The notes beneath the pieces are model-generated. The model was not told the DNA's origin, made no database searches, and saw only the letters and a list, made by a program, of their open reading frames with translations. Below are positions 27,355 to 39,400 of a stretch of DNA of 64,000 nt, in pieces (the stretch's first letter is position 1; the number at the start of each line of letters is the position of its first letter). The position numbers and the translations under genes are program-made. This DNA is from Epiperipatus broadwayi (Eukaryota; Animalia; Onychophora). The stretch spans positions 13,888,001-13,952,000 of the forward strand of contig JAQFVV010000003.1 of NCBI GenBank assembly GCA_028023455.1. Direction: 5' to 3'.

Positions 27355-27462
27355 CCATTATTTTCTGTGTATGCATGTAAACATTCTTTCGTGTAGGCAT
27401 CCCACAAACGAACAGTTTTATCATCACTGCAAGATGCTATTACACGACCATCACTTGAAAAT
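27355..27462 (-). CDS. POC1: POC1 exon, 108 nt ([36 protein letters not shown])
   Basis: Acceptor tattag, donor gtaagt; WD40 repeat in phase with the previous exon across a 16.1-kb intron. Confidence 0.92.
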
Positions 27463-30400
27463 CTAATAAAGTGAAACATATTGATAAGCAAAACAAATGT
27501 GGTATCATTTAGCATGTTACTACTATATATTTATTGTATATAACATTATCATTATTATATAATAAAAAAACTCTCCATTTTTAGTGTTTATTTTCAATTG
27601 AGATGATTGTCTAAGTTATTAAAAATAAGCAACAATTCTAATAAAAATAGTTATATTTAATATTCAAAGCATTTGTTGACCATTTTCGAGAATCAAGATT
27701 ACTTACTGTTGAACATAATGAATATTTCTGTGGTATAATTTTCACTACACCACTCTTATACAAAATAGATTATTTTCTATCTGCTTTTAACACCTTGTGG
27801 AAGGGTGTAATCATAAACATATGACCAAAGACATGTGAACAAGATGTATGATACACAAGATGCACATTTCATGCTGAATGGTCCAGTACTCATCAGTTGA
27901 CCCAGATCACAATCTCTTACATATATATTATTGTTCAGTATATGTATAAACAGCCAATTACTATAATTTAATTAATAAGTATCAAACTTACTACTCTCAT
28001 AACTTTGACACAAACCACTTGATGGAAGGATATCAATAATTTTTATTAGTCATTCATTAGACTAAAGATTATCCATTCAATGAATAACATGTCTGTAGTG
28101 TAATTTTCACTATACAACTCTCAAGCAAGGTAGGAACTGGTTTTTATCCACTTTTAGCATCTTGTGGAGGGGTGTAACTATAAGCATATGACTAAACACT
28201 TGTGAAAAAGATGTATTATCTCCAAGATGCGCATTTCGTTGAACCAACACTTAGCCCAGATCACAATCTCTTACAAATAACTTTATCATTGTTCAGTATA
28301 TATAGACAGTCAATTATTACTGTTTAATTGATGTGTCAAACTTATTTCCCTCACAACTTTGACAGAAACCACTTGATGGAAGTATATTAATCATTTTTAT
28401 TAATCATTTATTAGACTAAAGATTATCCACTTAATAATATTTTGGTAATGTAATTTTCACTACATCACTCTCACACAGGGTAGGGACTAGTTGCTATCCA
28501 TTCTTAACATTTTGTAGAGAGATGTAATAGTAATCATATGACCAAAGACTTTCGGTAAAATTTTCATTATACCATTCGCATGCAAATAGGGACTGGTTTC
28601 TATCTGCTCTTAACATCTTGTGAAGAGTGTAGTCACAATCATATGACCAAAAATATATCTTTGATTATATGATTATCTTTGGTCATATGATTATGATTAC
28701 ATCCCTCCACAAGGTGTTAAAAGTGAATAGAAACCAGTTCCTAACTTACGTGAGAATAATGTAATGAAAATTATACTATGGAAATATTATTCATTAAGTG
28801 GATAATCTTAGTTTAATGAATGACTAATAAAAAATATTAATATAGTATTGAACATGTATATAGGCATATATGGACAACAAAAAATTATGCTAAAGATTTA
28901 TTTAAGATAAATTAGGCACTAAAGTTGGTGTTTACATAAATACAGGAAATATTTATATAATAATTTATTAAATGTATTATTAGTAAATGCATTAATTATA
29001 AACAGTCATTAACTATATTAAGAAAAACAACTTAATTCAGGATGTAATCTAAAAGTTAATGGTAAATAGCTTACAAAAATGAAATAAATATACTTACTAA
29101 TTAAAAAAGAGATTTAGATGTTATTGTGATAACAATATAATCCAAATACAAGATAAGAAGATAGAAAATTAATGTAGATACAAAAGCAAATTGTGTAGTG
29201 ACTCCTAAAAATGTATGGAATCTGTGATTATAAGATAGGACAGAGAAATTTCCAAAAGAAAGCTACTGAAGACTGACTGATATGAGACAAAAAAAAAAAA
29301 AAACTAGTTGTATTTATAATTCATATCTTTTGCTACTAAAAATACTAGGGAAGAGCTAGAGATTCTCAATAGTTCATTAAGTAATTCCTCAGAAATCAAT
29401 TCAAAAATATTTATATTTTGCGATAGCCATTGCTGAATTAAAGAGTTAGAGAAATATGAATCTAAAAAAATTAATATATTGAACTTCTCATTCTTATTAT
29501 GAATTTTATTATCATTAACATTGCTGGTATTAATTATAATTAATTGCATTTATCCTGGAATTGCATAACCTAGTCAAATTTAATGGCATCTGAAAATCAT
29601 TCTTGGAAAAATTTTTGAATGGTTTTATCAATATATAACCTTCAATGTAATTAATAACTTCTACAATAAATACTTTAAGCCTTTAATAAAAAAAAAAAAC
29701 AACAACTTTGTTTTTACCTTTACATGATCAGCTACTGACGAAATAATACAACAAATTATTGCAATTTACATTTATAATTATCATACATTAATATTTTCCA
29801 CCAATAATACCAATTTCCTTAGTTATTGTTTTGATTTAAAGTAAAACCATAATGAATATAATCCCACATGAGCATACTTATTAATAATATTATTTGCAGT
29901 CCCTTTTACAATGAATCAAAATATTCATTATAATTTTTAAAATAGGAATCAATTATTAAAAGTTAGATGCACCAGTCAAATACACTATTAAGAAGTTAGA
30001 CCCTTTTAATTCAAAAATAATAATCAATTAACAACTCTTGGCATCTCAATGCCCAAACATAAATGAAAATCTATTCCAATTTAACAAAATGAATTTTTGC
30101 TTTTTAGTTTTGTATTATCTTACAATTTTATTGCATTATGATTGTGTTGTTAAATTAATGAATGCTACATTGATGCTTAAATGACTCTTTTGTTCACTTA
30201 TTGATTGTGAGTACTGCAAAACAAAAGCATTATCATTCTTAAAAGATACAAGGAGACTATTGTAAATAATTGTTAGCAATTTTGTTTTATAAATAATATT
30301 TTCAAAAATGAATTATTATTTTATGACTTTTTTTTAAAGTGCAATATTTTTATTGGCTGTAGTGTTTACACATAAGACAATTTTTTTTTCACTATAACAT

Positions 30401-33400
30401 CTATGATATATAATACTCAAATATATCACTTGTTCACAGAATTTCAATGACTAATCACTTGACTTCTATTTGAGTAAAAAACAACATATATCATTAGTTA
30501 AAATTAGCAAGTAGCTTGTCCAGTTAATAATGAAAAATAAAAACAAGACTTGGGTGTAAAGGAGCATAATTTCAGAAGCTTGTCGGTCATCATCTTTCCC
30601 AGTTCAATAGTGGCATGATTTCTATATATAGTGCATACAAAACACCATGCAGTTTAAAAGAGGTAGAGAGTTAAAAGTATCTGGATCAAAACACAACATA
30701 TCATTATTTGTGCTTAAATATCACATGATCTCCCAAATAAATAAGCTAACCATTCAATTTTTAAAAAATACTGTAACAGTATGAAAAATTTAGGGGTAAA
30801 TCTGGGATGATAGAACTCATCATCATCAACCCCAAGTCAATGACTCAAAATTTAAAATATTAAATATAAAAAGAATGAGTATGAAATCAACACAGAACTA
30901 ACTATAAGTATACCAGCATTATAAATAAGTATAAGAAATAATCATTCATCATCATAAATGATCAAAAATACAAAATAAATCAATAATAAAATTAACAGTC
31001 AATTTTGTGACTGAATTTGAAATGAGTCTATTGTAGACCAGGTTAATTATTTAGCCCTTATTAGCTTGGGGCAGATTATTTAAACATTAATTTGGATGTA
31101 CAAACTTAAGTGCTAATCCATCAGAATATATACCAATAAAAACAGTGCTGGGATCCTAAAACATGCTTATCATCATTAATGCTCTAACCACTTATTACCT
31201 TAAATGTATTAGTCAATTATAAACTTAATTTTTAATAAATACATAACTAAATAATATGTAGTACATGGATTTTAAATGATACCCCCTTTGCACCAATCCA
31301 TGATCATTATTAATTAGATATACATAAACAATAAATATAAACCCCTTTTATATCAGACCATTATGCACAAATCTAGCTCAGAGAACAAAAGCTCTATAAC
31401 CATTATTGTGAACAAGAGGTATAATACAACATTTATATTTTAAATCTCTTCAGGATTAAATAAATTCACTGAAATAATTTTAACAATGAAATATCAATTT
31501 ATTAATAACAATAAAAAATGAAATTAAGGTCTACAGAATACAGCTATAGACATATAAATTAAGTCTTCTGATTTTGATTAATATACAAAAAAAGCTATCA
31601 CAATGTGATTTACATATATGTTCCAATAGATTTACATAAAACGTATACAGATGTGCAGTATAATTATTTATGAACATATATGAATTGTCATATAATAATA
31701 AAAAATATGATTAATTGTAACATGTCTAACTGACATGCATCCATATATACACACAAAAATTATCACATTTTAATGATACATAAATAATGACTGTTTTCAC
31801 ATATATAATATGTGGGTACACATGGAAATATGTGCACACACTGACACTTATATCATTATTTTAATTTCTCAAAATAGACTTATTAAAAATCTATTTTTCA
31901 CATAAATGCACACATATGATGTACATAAAAATATAGATATAAATTAAAGCTATTAATTAGCCTTTTACTTTTTCTATGGTAATTAAAAAATATATATCAT
32001 ATCTTTGACAATCCTTCATAAAAATTTTCTTTGTTAACAGGTTACTCTTGATTAATCAATTATAAATGTCTTTAAAAATACTCCAGTAAGTTTTTTTTCC
32101 CTAATCTAAAAAAATTTTTGGAGTTTACTTTCTTTTTTCAAAATAAAACTATGAACCATTTGCTTTTTTTTTTAGACTTCTAATACAAGCAAAAATTATT
32201 TACTTGTTTTACTTTTAAATTATAGATTTTAAATGTCATTTTCAAGAAATTATTTAAAATAATTCCCCAGCAGCATTTTATATACATATGATGCATGTTT
32301 ATCTGTGGTTTTCCATATATAAATCAAACAGTATACATATAAACCAATTCTTCAGCAAGCTGATAGACTCTCTTGGTAAGCTGGCCCCTTTTAAAACAGA
32401 AGACAGACATCTTGTCATTATCGGGAAAGATATAATCTGGTAACTTATGGCATTCAATCAGCTCTATTTAGTCTATAATTGGATAGACTTCAGACAAGCC
32501 AGCCATTTTAGTATACATGTACTGTGGAGAACACAAAAAAGCTGAGTATTGTTTCCATGTGAATCCAAATTCTTCCATAGTGAACTAGTAGCAGCTGCTG
32601 GATCCACCATCTTGCCTTCAGTTATAACTTCATGGTAGTCTTTGTATAACTATCAAATTCTAAGAAAAACTCCTAATCTTTTTCCCCTAACCATTTAGTA
32701 AGGGTGAGGGGAGGCATTCAATAATTAAAAATGGTTTTTCTATCTTGATTGGAAAAAGTTAATGACTCTTTTTCAAATCAACTTAATCCTTTGAAAAACG
32801 ACTTTGTAGGATTTTTATCAAAATGTTATACAAGCTTTAATTAAAAAATTTCTTTATGTCGTTTACAGCATAGCTTGCCCACAACCTGGTTGCCGGGCCA
32901 TTTATTTTGGAGAGACCAAGGCAGGCATAATCAACAGGTCAGCACAACACAGATATACATATAGTAGAGCCATGAAAAACAATGATAATTCATCAACATT
33001 TTTAGAGCATTCCAAGAAGACAGGACATTTGTTTGAACCTTCCAGCCCTAAAATAGTCTGTATTGAGAAAAATGACATCAAGCGGAAAATCAGAGAAGCA
33101 TATTTTATTAATGGCAATAATAACTCCATCAATAGACGAGATACCTGCTTTGACATCTCCAAACGTTGGACTATCTAGTTCATTTGCATATGCTTTGCAT
33201 ACTGTTTTGTTTCCCTTGCCCTGTTTTTTCGTTCTGCAGCTCACAGTACCGCTATGAATATGAGGCAAAAGACCTCGAAAGCGCTTAGCGTGTAATAATT
33301 TCTGTGTATCTTTATAGCTTCTCATTCAAGTGTGGCATACGCTTTGTTAATTTTGTATATTAAATTATCGAATGAGAAGTCTTAAAATCTTTAATACTTT

Positions 33401-36400
33401 ATCAATATAGATAGTGGAATTTTATAATTACTAGTATACCTATTATAACATAAAAACATGCTTGTTTTAATTTTAAGATCAGAATTAATAAAATATTAAT
33501 TAGATCGTTTTAAATGTTTAATTTATAATAAAAAGTTTTCAAATTCAAAATTATTCAATCCTTAGCTGCTATTCCAGTGTAATATAGAAAATATCTACAA
33601 AATTTTTTTGTTTGTATTTCTGCTTTTTTTCAGCTTTATATATATATAGGTGCACCATACTACTATGTTGTTGTATGCCATGAGACACATAATGATTTCA
33701 AGAGATATATAAAGCCTTCAATATTTATTGTAAATGTGATTTTTTTAATCATATAATTATTTAGGGTATTAACACAAAATATTTAGCCTCTTTCTAATCT
33801 CTTATATGTATTTTTAAATGTTGCAACTAAGTATAGAAGCTTCATACTTTATACCAACTTTTCTCTATTGTATAATTGTTATACAATTTTCAAAAATATT
33901 AATATTATATTGCAGTGCTTTATAAATAATCTTTAAATCATGGATTCATCATTGTTAAGAGTATACTCTCCCCATTTCCACCCACAATTATTTGAAAATA
34001 CCCCACCATAAAACAAATGAATTTTTAGTTTTTATAGCGTAAATTGATATTCATTCGAAGAACAAGAATTAACCTAGAATCTTTACCTATTAGCTAATGA
34101 CAGATAGATATTCATATATTGACCAATGCCAGATATCTAGTTAATTTAAATGTATTCCTGCTTCTGATATAAAAATATTTCCAAAGCTCACCTGGCTTGT
34201 ACTCAATTCTCAAATAGTAATCATAAGTATGTGTGCTTGATAAGTATTATGCCAGGAAGATCTTAAATTATCTTTAGTTTAGATTAGACCTAGTATTAAA
34301 ATTATTAAACGGAAATAAAACAACTAATACATTTTTTTTATTTAAAAAAATATAAATGCAAGAAAAGATTGCAAAAACTCTAGTTCTACTGTAATTATTT
34401 TGAACATTTTATAATAAGTTATTAAAACAGGCCTCCATACAATAGTGCCACTCAGTGCAAGCTAGAGTAATCAATGGATGCCAGAAGGCTTGTGCACAAA
34501 ATCCCTATCTAGTGCCTACTCATCCAATATTCCCAGACTAGTTTTTAACTTGTGGCTTTCGTCAGTGAGGAGCCTTGAATCTGAGAGCATTGCACCTAAA
34601 TCTTGAGATAACAGTTATGAGCAAGCATAAGAAATGGTGATCATGTGATTTTATAATAAGCATGAATTCAATACTTTCTCAACTGTTTTAACTATTATTT
34701 GCATTTGTGTACTAAAAACTTAGATTCCCTTGTAAGTAATGTAATCATTATATTGTTTTTAATAGCATATAAATGTTAAATTTCTTAATGGATTTTTGAA
34801 ATAGTGATTGAATTTTAAAATTACAAATCATAAGTTAATAAAACTATCTCCAAAAAGGAGATTTCATTCATTTATCCAAAAAATCTTCAAGCTTACCTTT
34901 TTCTTGCTCTACTCAAGCTTTTCTCATAGTAAAATATACACTCTATGCGCCAGACATTAGTTATAAACTCTGATAACCTTCATATTACCAAAACATTTTC
35001 CCAGCAATAGCTCATTTCTTCTCCTCCTATCCAAATTTAATAAAAGCTTTTTTGTTATTTCCGATATCTTATCTTCATATTCTCTAGTCTAGTCATAAAA
35101 AGTTAACTAAAAACCAAAAAATTTCTATATATTTTGTTTCCTTTCTCTTTATGTTTCCCCTCCTCACCATACAGAATTTCCTTATCCTCCTACAATATCC
35201 TTATTAACAAAATTTTCAATATTCCACTTCTCATAGACTAAATCTTTATTCAATTTTTGCCTTCATTTCCTGGTATATGAAATTTCTGTCCTTGAATCAA
35301 AAAACAATAAATAAGTTCCTAGTATTTCCATCCATCCACATTCTATATATTTTTTATTCTTATATAACTTCAAACTACTTTTTTAATATTTATTATTTTT
35401 AACTATATATATATTTTATCCAACCTCTCTTTTAATTCCTCATAATTATGTACCTATAATATATCTTCTATACATTTATTTCATTTTTTATATAAATATA
35501 TAGAAACAAATTATCTATTAATTTTTCTTATTATAAAATCTTTTTTGCACAATGCATTTGATGGCCTAATCATATAATTCAACTAAACACCATTTTTATT
35601 AATCTATTTTCATTCATATTTTGTAGTTTTCCAAATATTATTAATTTCTTTTTAATTTTTCTCATTAAAAAAAAAGTCCAGCCGAATTCTCCTTGAATGG
35701 TTTAATTTGTTATCCAAAAGCATTTAACACATTTTTCTATTTCTTTCAAATGCAAAATAACAAGATTCGTCTATTGAAGAAAATACAAATCAATCGTACA
35801 TTTAATAAAATTTATTAATGCAAGAAAAAAAAAATCATCCTTTTGTTTCAAAATTTACAATATTGCGATAATTATCAATAAAGCAAGTCATATATAATGT
35901 GACATCGCTTTTATAAGCTTGTATTTACAAAAATGTAATACAGAGAGCGTACCAATAGCTCAAACAAGCTCTTAATTGATAAGTGCGGTAAGAGAAAATA
36001 TTCAAAATTTCTAACCGAAAAACTCTTATCCCCAAACCAATAGATTTCGAGCTTATGGTTCACCTCAGTGAGGAGCTAGAATTCTCAAACCCTAGATCCA
36101 AAATATCAACTCAAAACCCAGCACTTATTTAATACATAATATTTAAGTAAAAACTTTGAAATTTTAAGACATGAAAATGTGTTTTACTCCAGCTATCCAA
36201 CTTAAATAGCTATATGGGACTGAACCAAATTCAGATCTAGCCTCAGCATAGCCAAAGCCATAAAGGTAAAATTATAATTATCAATAAAGCAAGTCATATA
36301 TAACATGACATTGCTTTTATAAGCTTGTATTTACAAAAATGTAATACAGAGAGCGTACCAATAGCTCAAACAAGCTCTTAATTGATAAGTGCGGTAAGAG

Positions 36401-39400
36401 AAAATATGGCGATAATTATATTGTTTTTTGCCAATTTAAAAAATAATTGACAAACATTCTTAATGCTTGAAATTTAATCTACAAAGAATTTGTTATACCA
36501 ATTAAAGTTCAAAAAATTTAAGATGCTTTATCAGCCAATAATTTCAGGCATGGGAGACATCAATTTCTGATTTAAATGAATAACAGTTTGAGAATGTGAG
36601 TCAGTTTATCTCACTTTGATAGTTTTTTTCGGTAAAAAATAGATTTGAATATTGCAATAAATAGAAACCCCAATGAGTTACTGCTGTATTAACAAACTAA
36701 AAATAGTCTTTGCTTATAGTAATAAAACTGCTGCAACTAAATTATTCGTTTAATGGCATAATTTTGCCAATTTTATTGTATAGAGCCTCTAAAAATATAT
36801 ACACAAAGGAATTAGAAAAAATTCATTTAAGGATGCTTTTATAATATTTTGAAAATACAATGGCAAAATCATAAAACTAATTGGCATGTTCTTCAACTTG
36901 AAGTACATGATGTTACTGAATCTATATTGTAAAGACATATTTTCATTGGACTATGTATGTTAAATAAATGGAGAATAAAAAAGTATGGCTTTTGTGGGAG
37001 AAATAAACCAGGCTAAAACTCAAATAGGCACAGTATTATTTGCTTTCACTGGGAGATATGACTGAGAGTAAAATATAACATAAATCTCCAATTAAGCAAA
37101 TTATTGAAGTCATTCGGAAAAAAAGTTAAAAGATAGTTATAAACAGATTAACTGAGTATGTGATATAGGCTGATTTATTTGTGGTTCATGGATTGTTAGG
37201 TGTAGCCATCCCAAAATTCATCTTCAACTTTTTGCTTCTCTTTATCTTTCCTTCCTATTTTTTTTTTATATTCTGAAGTATGAATGGCCACATGATTATG
37301 AGTGTCTACTAATGAATGATAATAAATTACAAATTAAGATCTATAAATTATTGAAAAATTCAATTCAATTACAGATACAAAAGAACGACGATTTGTTGTG
37401 TAAATAATTAAGAATTTTAGTATATTTTTAAAATAAAAGATTAGTTTTATATGAACACAATTTTTGTTATATTCTATATATTTTAAATTCCAATCAGTAA
37501 CCACCTAAACATTTACAGTAAAATCTAGTAATCAATATTTCTCACTGCTGTCAAGGCAACCTTCACACCTTTTAATAGCAAGAATGGAAGTCCATTCTTA
37601 CTAATTGTCCATTGAATATATATGGACACTTAAAGCTTGCAACTTGACTACAGAGTATGAAATATTGATACAATGAATATTTAATCTACATATTTTTTAA
37701 ATACTTAAATTTTGAAGTTTTCTATTATGGATAGATAAATAATCAAATAATTTTTCACTGCCTGGCAATATAAACATGCATACTATAACTAATTAAACTC
37801 CATATGAATATATCTTGAATAATTAAGAATGTTGATCTGTAATTTATTTATTTTTTCCTGAATAAATTCCTTTTGAAACTTTATATGAATATAATATGTA
37901 TTGTATTTATTTATATTTTACACAGTATGTTATATATTTTAATTTACTATATATATAATAATTACTAAGTAAACAAACATACTTAAATTTAATGAATAAT
38001 ATTTCTGTAGTGCAATTTTCACTACACCATCCTCACATAAACTAGGTATTGGTTTCTATCTACTTTTAATACCTTATGAAGAGTGGTATAATGAAAATTA
38101 CATTAAAGAAATATTATTCATATTGAATAATCTCTGGTCTAATGAAGAGTGGTATAATGAAAATTACATTTTTTGTTGTTTCTTCCACACAATAAATAAA
38201 TCTATGTTTAATTGCAAATTTAAAAAAACTAAATGAAAAGATGAAACTAAGGCTAAGCAGTTTCTTAACTCCCAGCCAATAGTCAAAAAAAAAAAAAAAA
38301 ACAACAACTAAAAAAGAAAATTTATTCTTTCTGTTTTAAATCATTAACAAATAAAAGATTGCATAATCATGATTGCATTTGTAGAAGAAATTGCCAAATA
38401 ATAAATAACAATGATTGAAGAGAAAAAAAAATTGTTAAATATTGTAATTACTTTATTTTGGAGTGAAGAGTAAAGTGAGAAATTTCATATTAAATGTAGA
38501 AGTACAGAGAGATGAAGTAGAAGCTTTCACATAAAAAAAATAGTATTATCAGGAAAAAGTAGTTTTTGGCTTTAAAAAAAAAAAGATGTTGCTCTTTTTA
38601 TTTTAATTATCACTTTTTTATCATTTACCTCCAAAAAGCAAATCCTGTATGTCAACATATTCAAACATCCATAACTACCCTTCCTTAAGGTCATTTATCA
38701 AATTAGTTCTTTCTTTTACTTTTCTTCTCATTCTTCAAAGTTTTTTTAACACATCCTTCATAATTCCTCCATATATATATATACCCAATCCAATGCATAT
38801 TTTGTTTGATCTTTACTTTTTATCAAAAGATTTTTTTTTTCATTTCTTAACATATTTTTTAAATTTATTACCTTTCCCAATCTCCTTTAAATCTATATCT
38901 CTAAAGTCTCAAATTTTTCTTTCTCCCTTTTTTTTCCCTAATCATTTAAATCTCTTTTTCCATATAAAATAATTTACAGAAAAGAAAAGCACTTAGCAAA
39001 TTTCTTTTTTAAATGTGATTTCAATCAGCCAAGTTTAACCTCCTATTCTTATTAAAATCTTGGTTAAGCACTGCAATTCTCACAATAATTTCTTTGCCAC
39101 TACTTCTATCCATGTAGACTATATAGCAAAAGAGATACAATTACAGCTTTTAAAAAGAGTTGAAAATGATTAGCTGGTTAAAAAAATCAAATAACTCAAT
39201 GTGCCCAATGATATTGCTCTCATTCAATGTTGAAATGAATTTGATCTGCAAGGATTTCTTTTAGGAGTATAAAATAAAATGCCCTAGACTGAATGAGAAG
39301 TTTTTTTCCTATACAATAATAGCGTTTAATACCTTCTGATAATATTGTTCATAGTTTACACACATTTATGGTTCTCTTAATTTGGTAAGTATTAGTATAT

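Noticed and set aside
13532-28840. CRISPR-like interpretation of the tandem arrays
   Set aside because: Eukaryotic context, no unique equal-length spacers between short repeats, and no cas genes.
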